From positions 684,340 to 748,339 of the forward strand of contig JBKBYA010000001.1 in NCBI GenBank assembly GCA_046313635.1: a stretch of 64,000 nucleotides of DNA. Reading direction: 5' to 3'. A program made the translations under genes and the position numbers. The DNA comes from Pyrinomonadaceae bacterium (GTDB lineage Bacteria; Acidobacteriota; Blastocatellia; Pyrinomonadales; Pyrinomonadaceae). The notes beneath the pieces were generated by a model, which saw only the letters and a program-made list of their open reading frames with translations, was not told where the DNA came from and made no database searches. How positions within the stretch are numbered: position 1 is the stretch's first letter; each line of letters opens with the position of its first letter. Shown one piece after another: positions 49,734-59,166 of this stretch.

Positions 49734-52055
49734 ATGTTCACGCGGGCCTCTGTCGTCTTCGCATTCGTTTTCCTGACCTCGCAAACAATCTTCGCAAACG
49801 ACTTCGAGTTCTTTCGTCTGCCGAGCGAGCCGTTCATTCGCATCGGTCTGTCGACGAATGCGGCCTCGGTGAGTATAGCGACGACAGATTCGCAGCTTGT
49901 CGCTTTCAGTCCGGACGAGCCGAATCGTCTGCTGGCGACAAACAAGATCACGGTCTTTCCTCGTACGTACCGGCCGCCTGAGGTCGAGGAGTTTCGCATC
50001 GAGTTTCAGGGTCTGCCGTCGCAGATCGACGCGAATGCGCTCGCCAACGACATTCGCGAGGCCACCGGCGAGACTGCGATCGCAAGCGTCGATCCGGCGA
50101 CAAATCTGTGGCGGGTCTGGGTGGGCAAGGTCAGCGACAACCAGGCGGACGCCGACGAACTAAGAGCGAAGCTCGCCGAAAAAGGCTTTGACGACGCCGT
50201 CGTCGTCGCCGAAAAAAAGATCGTGCCGTCGGCCGACGCCGTCGCGCTCAGCCAGCAGTTGAGATCGGCGGGCAGGTCCGACGTTCGCAGCCTGATCAAG
50301 ACGACCGGCACGTCTGCGCCTAACGCCGCGGCCGTGGTCGAGCCGAACCTTCGCGAGCTCGTCGTCAGCGGCGCGGTCGAGGAGGCAAAGTTCTCTTCGC
50401 TCAAGACGCTTGCATTCGGTTCGGCAAACGAGCGTTACAATCCGGTGCGGATCAACGGCAAGGCTTATCGCGGCCGTGTCGAGGTCTTTGTAAATTCGCG
50501 CGGGCTCCTGACGGTCGTCAACGTCGTTCCGCTCGAGGATTATTTGCTCGGCGTCGTTCCGGCCGAGCTCGGTCTGCCGCAGCTCGAGGCGCAAAAGGCC
50601 CAGGCCGTCGCGGCGCGGACATATGCGGTCGCGAATTTGAACGCCTACGGCAAGCAGGGATTTGACCTGCTGCCGACGGTCGCTTCGCAGGTTTACAGCG
50701 GCGTCGCGATCGAGACGCCGATGGGCACGCGGGCGGTCAACGAGACGCGAGGCGTCGTCGCGACGTACCGAGGCAAGCCGATCACGGCGTATTACACGTC
50801 GACCTGCGGCGGACGGACGGAGAACTCCGAGAACGTATTTGACAAGGCCGAGCCGTACCTCCGCGGCGTCGAATGCTCGCTTGAGGAAAGGCGATACTTC
50901 GAGCCCTTTCTGATCAAGACCGTGCGGCCCGCGGCACGGCTCCGCGACGAAGCGAATCTCGAGCTCGTCCACCTGATGTCTCTGCTCGCCGTCAACGGCT
51001 TTCAGCTCTCGACCGCGCAGATGACCGACGAGTGGTTTGACGACGCGCCGACGCAGAGCGAGATGTCGAACTGGCTCAACCAGCTCGCGACGAGATTCGG
51101 CAAGACGTTTCCGAACGTGAACAAGGATACGGCCAAACCGGTCGAGCTTGCGCGCCTGCTCGCCGCGATGATATATCCGCCGGGCTATGCCGACACGCTG
51201 ATGAGCGACTCGGACGTCGCGTACCAACTGAGCTTTGACGACGCGGCCGAGGTGCCGCGGGAGAGACGCGCGGACATCGCGGCGCTGCTGCGCGACGGCT
51301 ATTTCACTCTGCATCCGGACCTGACGCTCAAGCCAAACAAGCCTTTCACCCGAGCCCAGATGCTGCGGCTCGTCGAGCAGATCTACGCAAAAAAGAAATG
51401 GACGCCCGCGCTCCAATCGGGCGTCGCGAGCCCGACCGCCGACGGCAAGCTCGTGCTCAAGAGCGGCAAGACATCGCGGCAGATCGCGGTGCGCCCGGAC
51501 GTGTTTTTGTTTCGTGAATTCGGCGCACGGCTTTATCCGGTACGCGAGGCAGTGCTGGTCGGCGGCGAGAACGTCAGCTTCCAGACGGACGCGAGCGGTG
51601 CGGTCAGCTATCTCGAGATCAGGCCGACAGACCTGCCGACATCGGCCGAGGCGATGTCGCCGCACACCAACTGGAGCGTGACGCTCTCGGCCTCGGCCGT
51701 GCAGTCGCGTCTCTCGCGCTACGTCCGCGGCATCGGCACGCTCTACGACGTCAATATCAGATCGCAAGGCTACTCGCGCCGCGCTACAGAGCTCGAGATC
51801 GTCGGATCAAATGGCACCAAGTCGCTCAAGGGCGGCAAGATCCGATCTGCCCTGCGCCTCAAAGAGCAGCTCTTTGTCATCAACAAACGCTATTCGGGCG
51901 GCCAGGTCGCGAGCTACACATTCACCGGCCGCGGCTGGGGCCACGGCGTCGGGATGTGCCAATTCGGGGCCTACGGGCTCGCCAAGATGGGCCTCAAGTA
52001 CGACGAGATCCTCAGGCACTACTACACCGGGATCGATCTCGCGAAAGCCTATTAG
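49734..52055 (+). CDS. SpoIID/LytB domain protein with SPOR- and SLH-like inserts
   Basis: VNVVPLEDYL.GVV.AE, KAQAVAARTYA, GWGHGVGMCQ.GA, IL.HYY. Confidence 0.9.
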   Translation: MFTRASVVFAFVFLTSQTIFANDFEFFRLPSEPFIRIGLSTNAASVSIATTDSQLVAFSPDEPNRLLATNKITVFPRTYRPPEVEEFRIEFQGLPSQIDANALANDIREATGETAIASVDPATNLWRVWVGKVSDNQADADELRAKLAEKGFDDAVVVAEKKIVPSADAVALSQQLRSAGRSDVRSLIKTTGTSAPNAAAVVEPNLRELVVSGAVEEAKFSSLKTLAFGSANERYNPVRINGKAYRGRVEVFVNSRGLLTVVNVVPLEDYLLGVVPAELGLPQLEAQKAQAVAARTYAVANLNAYGKQGFDLLPTVASQVYSGVAIETPMGTRAVNETRGVVATYRGKPITAYYTSTCGGRTENSENVFDKAEPYLRGVECSLEERRYFEPFLIKTVRPAARLRDEANLELVHLMSLLAVNGFQLSTAQMTDEWFDDAPTQSEMSNWLNQLATRFGKTFPNVNKDTAKPVELARLLAAMIYPPGYADTLMSDSDVAYQLSFDDAAEVPRERRADIAALLRDGYFTLHPDLTLKPNKPFTRAQMLRLVEQIYAKKKWTPALQSGVASPTADGKLVLKSGKTSRQIAVRPDVFLFREFGARLYPVREAVLVGGENVSFQTDASGAVSYLEIRPTDLPTSAEAMSPHTNWSVTLSASAVQSRLSRYVRGIGTLYDVNIRSQGYSRRATELEIVGSNGTKSLKGGKIRSALRLKEQLFVINKRYSGGQVASYTFTGRGWGHGVGMCQFGAYGLAKMGLKYDEILRHYYTGIDLAKAY

Positions 52056-52261
52056 AATCGCCGGATCAGATACAGCACGAGACTCAGTACCACGCTTACG
52101 ATCAACATCGAAGTGATCGGGACGAAGACGCGGGTGTTCTCGGTCTCGATGTTGATATCGCCGGGCAGCTTGCCAAACCAGCCGAGCAGCCACGGGGCAA
52201 AGTTCAAAACGACTCCCAGCACCAGGATGCCGGCCCCAATAATTATCAAGATCTTTCCCAT
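52052..52261 (-). CDS. DUF2905 small membrane protein
   Basis: GKLPGDI...FVPITSML.VS; in frame with a 21-aa upstream extension from 52324. Confidence 0.8.
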   Translation of the reverse strand: MGKILIIIGAGILVLGVVLNFAPWLLGWFGKLPGDINIETENTRVFVPITSMLIVSVVLSLVLYLIRRF

Positions 52262-52353
52262 AAAGGCAGCCTCGGCCTCTTCGCGGGAGATTGGGTGAGG
52301 CTCTTGGTATATCAGTTTCCGCATATTGAATCTTTAGCCGCGCTTCAGAGAAT

Positions 52354-52465
52354 GCGGCATAACTTATGATTATCTGGAATCATTCCAGATAATGCGCATA
52401 ATTCGCTTATCAGCAAGAACGATTCGCGCAAATAAGCCGGATGTTTGTATTATCTGGAATGATTC
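52354..52465 (-). mobile_element. Putative integron attI site
   Basis: Minus strand GATAAT-CATAA-GTTATGC core; palindrome ATTATCTGGAAT-C-ATTCCAGATAAT (52369-52393); arm repeated at 52449-52465; divergent from intI. Confidence 0.55.
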
Positions 52466-52539
52466 GCGCTAAGCACCTTATATTCGTACCGAAATGGTCG
52501 CTCCCAACCCTTTCGTGCGAGACGACTACGAGGCGGTAA

Positions 52540-53492
52540 ATGGATCAGCAGCCGAAACTCTTAGATCAAGTGAGAGCCGTTGCCCGAGCCCGGCATCTGA
52601 GTTACAAGACCGAGAATGTTTACCATAATTTTATTAAGCGATTCATCCTGTTTCATAAGAAGCATCACCCGCGCGAGATGGGCCCCGAAGAGATAAGCGC
52701 ACTTCTGACGCATCTCGCCGTCAACGAAAATGTCTCGGCCTCAACGCAGAATCAGGCATTGCTCTCTCTGCTGTTTTTGTACCGCGACGTTCTCAAGATA
52801 AATTTACCCAGGATCGAGGGCGTCGTGCGCGCCAAACGACCGGAGCGTATTCCGGTTGTTTTCACCCCGCGTGAGGCGAAAGCGGTTCTTGCAAGTCTCA
52901 CGGGCGTTCGTTTTCTAGTGGCGAGTTTGCTTTACGGCGCCGGTCTGCGGTTGACCGAGGCGCTGCGGCTGCGCGTTAAGGATCTGGATTTCGAATCGTC
53001 GCAGATAACTGTTCGCGACGGAAAAGGCGCTAAGGATCGAACGACACTGTTTCCTACCTCGCTCCACGAGCCGCTCAGACATCACCTGGAGGGGGTGAAA
53101 TTTATCCATTCGGAAGACCTGCGGCGAGGCTTTGGGGAGGTCTGGCTCCCCTACGCCCTCTCCAAAAAATATCCGAAGGCCGGCAAGGAATGGAAATGGC
53201 AGTACGTCTTCCCGTCTGCCAGGATCTCTCCGACGCGTGAGGATGGTCAACCGAGGCGTCATCACACGGCCGAATCCAATCTAAAAGGCGGTTTGCGATG
53301 CGAAAAGCAGCGATTCACAAACACGGAAATTGCCACACGTTTCGACACAGCTTCGCCACGCACCTGCTGGAAAATCATTACGATATTCGGACCGTGCAGG
53401 AGTTGCTCGGCCATAAGGACGTTCGGACGACGCAGACTTACACGCACGTCATCTGGAACAAGTCGGTCGTAACGAGCCCGCTTGATGTTTGA
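52540..53492 (+). pseudogene. intI: Integron integrase, frameshifted
   Basis: SASTQNQA, LLYGAGLR, VRDGKGAKDR, IntI patch [36 protein letters not shown] in a different frame from 53298. Confidence 0.88.
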
Positions 53493-54363
53493 ATCAAGAT
53501 TCCGGACAAATTTGATACGCACGCTCGCGCCGTGCTTGATCTCAGCGGCGGCGGCGATCGTATTGGCGCTGTCGGTAAACGCATCCGCGCAGGGCGAGCA
53601 ACTTTCCGCGCCGCCTGCGCTGCGCGGCTCAAAGGCCGAGATCGGCTCGCGCACGGCGAGAAACGGCTTTTTGAATGAGAGTGAGATCGCGGCAAAGTTT
53701 AACGGATGGGCGGGGGACAAGGACGCGCAGGACTGGCTCGCTTCGATGGGTTATAAACTCGGCGCGATCGAATCTGTGACCGCGACAAAGCCGCACGGCG
53801 AGAAAGCGGATGTTGTGGTGAGGATCAAAACGAAACTGGGCGATAGATCCGAAGGGATCTCGATCAAACTCGTCAGCACGCCGCAGGGTTTTAACCAGAT
53901 CGACAAACGCTGGCTTTCCGGTTACCAGCGAATGTGGCGTATGCCCGAGAATGTAGTGCACGCGCTGCGGCTGTTTGTCGGCGAGATCAAACCGGGCGAA
54001 AAGACCAGAAATGCAGAGCGGATGTTTTTGAACGAGCTTGACGCCGAGACGCAAAAAAGTGTGCTCTCGTTTTTCGAGTCGAACCGGGATCGGATTCTTT
54101 CGGACATTTTCATCGGGAACGGGCCCTTCGCAGCCAAATGGCTGATGGTCGCTCTCAAATCACGCGAAAAGCCAAAGTGGACGATCCGCAAGATCGAGGA
54201 CGCGATCAGATTCTTCGGGCAAGGCCCGGTCGTGATCACGCGCGGCGGCAATCTGCGGATCGGCCGTATCACGATGCAGCGAAAGGGCGGCGACGCGGGA
54301 CGCGACACGGCAAAGATGCTACAGTTCAAGATCGATCCGGCGGAGCTTTTCGACACGAAATGA
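53485..54363 (+). CDS. R.HinP1I-family restriction endonuclease homologue with N-terminal signal peptide
   Basis: [57 protein letters not shown] match my recollection of HinP1I; leader [19 protein letters not shown]. Confidence 0.85.
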   Translation: MFESRFRTNLIRTLAPCLISAAAAIVLALSVNASAQGEQLSAPPALRGSKAEIGSRTARNGFLNESEIAAKFNGWAGDKDAQDWLASMGYKLGAIESVTATKPHGEKADVVVRIKTKLGDRSEGISIKLVSTPQGFNQIDKRWLSGYQRMWRMPENVVHALRLFVGEIKPGEKTRNAERMFLNELDAETQKSVLSFFESNRDRILSDIFIGNGPFAAKWLMVALKSREKPKWTIRKIEDAIRFFGQGPVVITRGGNLRIGRITMQRKGGDAGRDTAKMLQFKIDPAELFDTK

Positions 54364-54449
54364 AGGTCTCACGACAACAGGTCAACGGCGCGCTGCTGCT
54401 GCTGGCGGCGATAATACTCTTCCTCTCGGTCCGGTATTTTCTCCAGTGA
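54360..54449 (+). CDS. Putative 29-aa single-TM peptide
   Basis: [33 protein letters not shown] overlap upstream, GTGA overlap with miaA. Confidence 0.55.
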   Translation: MKVSRQQVNGALLLLAAIILFLSVRYFLQ

Positions 54450-55414
54450 ACGTTAGTTCGGGCCAAACTGCCGCTCCGACGGTCCACAGACCGGACAAAC
54501 CGATATTCGCGATCGCGGGGCCGACCGCCTCGGGCAAGACCGCGCTTGGCGTCGCACTTGCGCGGGCCGTGGGCGGCGAGGTCGTAAATTTCGATTCGGT
54601 CCAGATATACCGGGAGATCCAGATCGCGACCGCCAAGCCTACCGAGGAAGAGAAGCGCGGCGTGCCGCATCATCTGATCGATTACGTCGACCCGCGGACG
54701 AATTACACGGCCGCCGACTGGGCCGCGGACGCGGCCGCAAAGATCAAAGAGATCGAGTCGCGGTCGCGCGTGCCGGTGCTGGTCGGCGGGACCGGATTTT
54801 ATCTTAGGACGCTCCGGAGACCGCTGTTTGAGGGCCCAAAGACCGACGAGGCGATCCGCGCGCGGCTGCGCTCTTTAATGGACCGGCACGGGGCCGAGCA
54901 CCTGCACCGGATGCTGGGCCGAGTCGACCCGGCGGCCGCCGAGAAGCTGTTTCCGAGAGACTATCCGAGAGTGATGCGCGCTCTCGAGGTATTTTTCCAA
55001 ACGGGACGGCGGATATCTGACCTCCAGCCGAAGAGGAGCGAGCCGCCCGAGTTTGCCGCCCGAATAAGGCTTTTTGTACTGGAGCCTCCGCGCAGCGAGC
55101 TCTACGCTCGGATCGACCGCCGGACCGAGGGCCATTTTGCGGCCGGTCTGGTCGACGAGGTCAGGCAGCTGATCGCCGGCGGCGTCCCGGAGACATCCAA
55201 CGCCCTTGGGGCGCACGGCTACCGGCGCGTCTGCGAATTCCTCCGCGGCGAGCGGACGCTCGAGAGCGCCGTGGAGAGGACCAAACAGGACGTGCGAAAC
55301 TACGCAAAGCGCCAGCTGACGTGGTTTCGCCGGGAAGAAGGAGCCGTCTGGGTCACCGGATTTGGCGACGCCGAGGACGTCCAGGAGAGCCTTATTATGC
55401 GAGCCGCTGCCTAA
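54446..55414 (+). CDS. miaA: tRNA dimethylallyltransferase
   Basis: GPTASGKT, DSVQIY, TAKP, VPHHLID, VGGTGFY, YAKRQLTWF. Confidence 0.96.
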   Translation: MNVSSGQTAAPTVHRPDKPIFAIAGPTASGKTALGVALARAVGGEVVNFDSVQIYREIQIATAKPTEEEKRGVPHHLIDYVDPRTNYTAADWAADAAAKIKEIESRSRVPVLVGGTGFYLRTLRRPLFEGPKTDEAIRARLRSLMDRHGAEHLHRMLGRVDPAAAEKLFPRDYPRVMRALEVFFQTGRRISDLQPKRSEPPEFAARIRLFVLEPPRSELYARIDRRTEGHFAAGLVDEVRQLIAGGVPETSNALGAHGYRRVCEFLRGERTLESAVERTKQDVRNYAKRQLTWFRREEGAVWVTGFGDAEDVQESLIMRAAA

Positions 55415-55427
55415 AAAAAGAAAAATC

Positions 55428-55455
55428 TTGTTAATGCCCGCAAATCTGCTATAAT
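55428..55455 (+). promoter_or_regulatory. sigma70 promoter for hfq
   Basis: TTGTTA-N16-TATAAT with extended -10 TG. Confidence 0.6.
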
Positions 55456-55500
55456 CTCGTGGAAAGGTGTTAAGTTCAAGAAAATAAAAGGGAAAGTGCT

Positions 55501-55725
55501 ATGGATAAACCGGCTGCCCAGAATATTCAGGATGCATTTTTAAACTCCGCGCGGCGCGAACGCGTCTCGGTCGTGGTGCATCTGCTTCAGGGGGCGACCC
55601 TTGGCGGAAGGATCAAGAGCTTTGACAAATTCTCCGTTTTGCTGGATGTCGGTGGGCAGGACGTTTTGATCTTTAAGCACGCCATTTCAACCGTCTCGCA
55701 GGAGCGAAAAGCTAACCCCGCATAG
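55501..55725 (+). CDS. hfq: RNA chaperone Hfq
   Basis: NIQDAFLN..R, G.I.SFDKF, IFKHAIST; follows miaA. Confidence 0.95.
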   Translation: MDKPAAQNIQDAFLNSARRERVSVVVHLLQGATLGGRIKSFDKFSVLLDVGGQDVLIFKHAISTVSQERKANPA

Positions 55726-55736
55726 GTCCACAGTAT

Positions 55737-56372
55737 TTGAACGGCAAGTTCATCACTTTTGAAGGAATCGACGGGAGCGGCAAGTCGACGCAGATGCGTT
55801 TGCTTGTCGCTTGTTTGCGCGTGCTCGGGCTTGAGGTCGTACCGACGTTCGAGCCCGGCGACACGCCTCTCGGGCGGCGGCTGCGGCAGGCGTTCTTGGA
55901 GGTAGAGGAAGAGGTCGTCCCAATGGCCGAGCTGCTGCTTTTTGCCGCCGATCGCGCCCAGCACGTTGAACATCTGATCCGGCCGGCGATCGAGGCAGGC
56001 AAGATCGTTATTTCGGACCGATATGCCGATGCGACTTACGCCTACCAGGGAGCGGGCCGCGGATTTGACGCGGAGACGATCGATTCGGTGATCCGGCTCG
56101 CGACCGGCGGGCTCAAGCCGGGACTGACGTTGTTCTTTGACATCCCGGTCGAGACGGCGCTCGAGAGGCTCTCGTCGCGCGGCGGCAGCGAGGCCGTGTC
56201 GAACAGAATGGACTTTGAGACGGCCGAGTTTTACACGCGCGTTCGCCAAGCTTATCTTGGAATTGCCGAGCGAGAACCGGAACGCTTTCGCGTCGTCGAC
56301 GCGTCGGGCAGCGTCGACGACATCCATTCGGCGGTCCGGGAGACGGTCGAGCAGTTCCTCGGCATTCGATAA
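55737..56372 (+). CDS. tmk: Thymidylate kinase
   Basis: FITFEGIDGSGKST, LLFAADRAQH, SDRY..AYQG. Confidence 0.95.
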   Translation: MNGKFITFEGIDGSGKSTQMRLLVACLRVLGLEVVPTFEPGDTPLGRRLRQAFLEVEEEVVPMAELLLFAADRAQHVEHLIRPAIEAGKIVISDRYADATYAYQGAGRGFDAETIDSVIRLATGGLKPGLTLFFDIPVETALERLSSRGGSEAVSNRMDFETAEFYTRVRQAYLGIAEREPERFRVVDASGSVDDIHSAVRETVEQFLGIR

Positions 56373-56373
56373 A

Positions 56374-57408
56374 ATGTTTGACGATTTGGTCGGAAACGAC
56401 CGCGTAAGATCGATCCTGCAAAGGCTCGCGAACGAAAGCCGCGTGCCGAACGCGTTGTTGTTTGCCGGGCCGGACGGCGTCGGCAAGCGGCACTTTGCGC
56501 TCGCGGTTGCGGCGGCCGCGTTGTGCCACTCGCCAAAGGACGGCGGCCCGTGCGGCGAGTGCCTCGCATGTCACCGGTCACAGATCTTTGAGTGGCCAAA
56601 GGCGGATGACAAAGAGGCGCACAAGCGGGTCGTCTTCAGCGAGCACCCCGACCTCGGGATGGTGATCGCGTATAACCGCAACATCCTCGTCGACGCCGTT
56701 CGCGACCTCGAGCGCGAAGCGAACTTCAGGCCGTACGAAGCTCAGGCCCGGTACTTTGTGATCGACGACGCCGACAAGATGAATGCCGCGGCCTCTAATG
56801 CTCTCCTAAAAACGCTCGAGGAGCCGTCTGCGACGACGCACATCATCCTCGTCACCGCGCGGCCCGACGCTCTGCTGCGGACGATCCGTTCGCGGTGCCA
56901 GACGGTAAGATTTGCTCCCGTCCCGGCCGACGAGATCGAAAAGCTCCTGCTGAGAACGCACAAATATGCGCAAGCCGATGCCCGTGTGATAGCGGCCTAC
57001 GCACAGGGAAGCGTCAGCCGTGCGTTGGGGATCGACGCCGAGAACTTTCGCGCCCGCCGCGACGCGATGATGCGAGTGCTGTATTCGGCGATCGCGTCGT
57101 CGGACCTGCCGGCCCTGCTGCGCATCGCCGAGGAGGTCGGCGACCCGAAGAACAAAGAGAACTTTGAGGACGACCTCGATATCCTCCAATCGCTCATCCA
57201 CGACCTCTGGCAGATCGGCGTCAGGCACGGCGCGGCGTCGATCGTGCATTCGGACCTGTCGGCCGATATGCATGACCTTGCCGGCCGTGTCTCTCCAGCC
57301 AAACTCTCGCAGTGGCTCGCCGACATCGAATCTCTGCGAGCCGCACTCGACGTCAACATCAACCGCCGCATCGCGACCGACGCCCTGTTTGTCGGAATGG
57401 CCGGCTAA
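56374..57408 (+). CDS. holB: DNA polymerase III delta' subunit
   Basis: LFAGPDGVGK, Cys cluster, HPD, NALLKTLEEP, TIRSRC; follows tmk. Confidence 0.92.
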   Translation: MFDDLVGNDRVRSILQRLANESRVPNALLFAGPDGVGKRHFALAVAAAALCHSPKDGGPCGECLACHRSQIFEWPKADDKEAHKRVVFSEHPDLGMVIAYNRNILVDAVRDLEREANFRPYEAQARYFVIDDADKMNAAASNALLKTLEEPSATTHIILVTARPDALLRTIRSRCQTVRFAPVPADEIEKLLLRTHKYAQADARVIAAYAQGSVSRALGIDAENFRARRDAMMRVLYSAIASSDLPALLRIAEEVGDPKNKENFEDDLDILQSLIHDLWQIGVRHGAASIVHSDLSADMHDLAGRVSPAKLSQWLADIESLRAALDVNINRRIATDALFVGMAG

Positions 57409-57486
57409 TAAAATTTGGAACAATTCAGGCCGCGAAGCTTCAAACTTGAGTTACGCTCGCTGAACGATCAAAAAGGAGGTACAGGG

Positions 57487-57873
57487 ATGAAACGATATTT
57501 CAGGCCATTTGCCGCATCGATATTGATGTCGACGGCGTTTGCGGCCGCGGCGATCGCGCAGGACGATCAGACGGGGCGGGAAGTCTTCGGCGGCGTTCTC
57601 AACGGCAAGGCGCTCAGCCTGCCGAAGCCGGTCTATCCGCCGGCGGCACGGGCCGTACGTGCCGAAGGGACAGTGGTCGTCCAAATCACGGTCGACGAGA
57701 CCGGCAGCGTCATCAGCGCCGAAGCGGTCTCGGGTCATCCACTGCTCCGCCCGGCGGCCGTCGAGTCGGCGCGTGGCGCCAAATTCAGCCCGACACTTAT
57801 CACCGGCCCGCCGATAAAGGTCACAGGAGTGCTGGTGTATAATTTCGTCGCACCGAAAAAGGATTCGCAGTAA
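57487..57873 (+). CDS. TonB C-terminal domain protein
   Basis: GGVLNGKA.SLPKP.YP..A, GHPLLR.AA, V.GV.VYNF; AGGAGG RBS. Confidence 0.85.
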   Translation: MKRYFRPFAASILMSTAFAAAAIAQDDQTGREVFGGVLNGKALSLPKPVYPPAARAVRAEGTVVVQITVDETGSVISAEAVSGHPLLRPAAVESARGAKFSPTLITGPPIKVTGVLVYNFVAPKKDSQ

Positions 57874-57876
57874 GAA

Positions 57877-58305
57877 GTGGTTTTACCTTTGGACAACAGG
57901 ATGATGATCGGCCGCGTCGGTGCGGCCGGTTTTGCTTTGGCGGCGGCGGCCGGCGCGGCTTGGGTCGCGTACTTTGACCCGACGACGGCAGGCTTCTTTC
58001 CTGTCTGTCCGCTCAATCGGATGACGGGTTACGCCTGCCCCGGCTGCGGCCTGACGCGCGGATTTCATGCGCTGTTTCACGGTGACGTGCTCGGGGCGAT
58101 GGGCTACAACGCGCTGATCCCGGTTTGGGCCCTGCTGTTTGGTTATCTGTTCTTGTCGCTGGCTCTTTTCAGCGTCCGCGGGCGAGGCCTGCCGATGAAG
58201 GCGCTGATGCATCCGGTCGTGTTGTGGTCGCTGCTGCTTGTGCTGCTGATCTTTGGCGTGGTTAGGAATCTGCCCTTTTATCCTTTTACTCTGCTGTATC
58301 CTTGA
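57877..58305 (+). CDS. DUF2752 membrane protein
   Basis: CP...TG..CPGCG.TR...L.HGD...A..YN. Confidence 0.85.
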   Translation: MVLPLDNRMMIGRVGAAGFALAAAAGAAWVAYFDPTTAGFFPVCPLNRMTGYACPGCGLTRGFHALFHGDVLGAMGYNALIPVWALLFGYLFLSLALFSVRGRGLPMKALMHPVVLWSLLLVLLIFGVVRNLPFYPFTLLYP

Positions 58306-58308
58306 ACG

Positions 58309-59166
58309 ATGAAGCTCGCTCTGCAAGTGATCTCGCTGCTGCTCGTCGCGGGCCCGTTCGCGATGTTTGCCCAGCCGCCGTCCGCGCCCGTCCGCTACAG
58401 CGCGCCGGACATCAACGGGCGGGCGACGCTGCTCGTAAGACCGGTGCTTCCGGCCGACGTGACGCTCGCAAATGACGGGATGACGATAGCTCTGAAGGTC
58501 GTCGTCGACGGCGAGGGCAACGTCGTCTCGGCCCAGTGCTCCGCGGCCCTTCCGCAGAGAATACGGAAGGCGGCCGAAGCCGCGGCGGCGGAATCGAAGT
58601 TTCGCCCGATGATCGTTAATGGCGAAGCGGTGAGCTATACGGGCACGCTGCTTTACACGATCGCGGTCGAGCGCGTCAATTGGTTTCGATTCGGCACGGC
58701 GCTCTATTCGACGTTTATCTTTGACAACATCTCACTCGGCCCGGTCGCGGCAATGCTTACGCCCGAATTTGCCGACGAAAAGACAAGGCTGCAGGAGCTC
58801 GATAACGGCGTCGAGTTGGCCGTGAGGTGGAGGACGATCGAGGGCGTCCGACGTTCGCTGAGCGACAAGCTGAAAGGCCAGGACGCGTGGTGGTTTGAAC
58901 TGGGAATGGCGATTAGAGAGGCGACGGCTCCTTTCCAGAGCGATCGAAAGCCTGACCGGGCCGAACTGCAGAGGGCTCTCGCCGCGCTGGCCAGGTTCGC
59001 AGACTCGGCGCCCGGCGATGTGCCGCGTCCGGTTGTCCAAGCGATCAGAGATCTCTCCGATCACAAGATCGATCCGGCCATGCCGCTGCCTGAACTCGCG
59101 AGGCTGATCTTCGAAATGTCGAGAAACATCCGGCCCGTGGACGAGCCGCAATTCAGGAATCGTTAA
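58309..59166 (+). CDS. Secreted protein with degenerate TonB-C domain
   Basis: Signal peptide; INGRA..L..P, V.VD..GNV.SA, AA..SKF.P. Confidence 0.7.
   Translation: MKLALQVISLLLVAGPFAMFAQPPSAPVRYSAPDINGRATLLVRPVLPADVTLANDGMTIALKVVVDGEGNVVSAQCSAALPQRIRKAAEAAAAESKFRPMIVNGEAVSYTGTLLYTIAVERVNWFRFGTALYSTFIFDNISLGPVAAMLTPEFADEKTRLQELDNGVELAVRWRTIEGVRRSLSDKLKGQDAWWFELGMAIREATAPFQSDRKPDRAELQRALAALARFADSAPGDVPRPVVQAIRDLSDHKIDPAMPLPELARLIFEMSRNIRPVDEPQFRNR

Noticed and set aside
53270..53300. Programmed frameshift in intI
   Set aside because: Residues appear to be missing, two frame changes would be needed, and there is no clear slippery heptamer.
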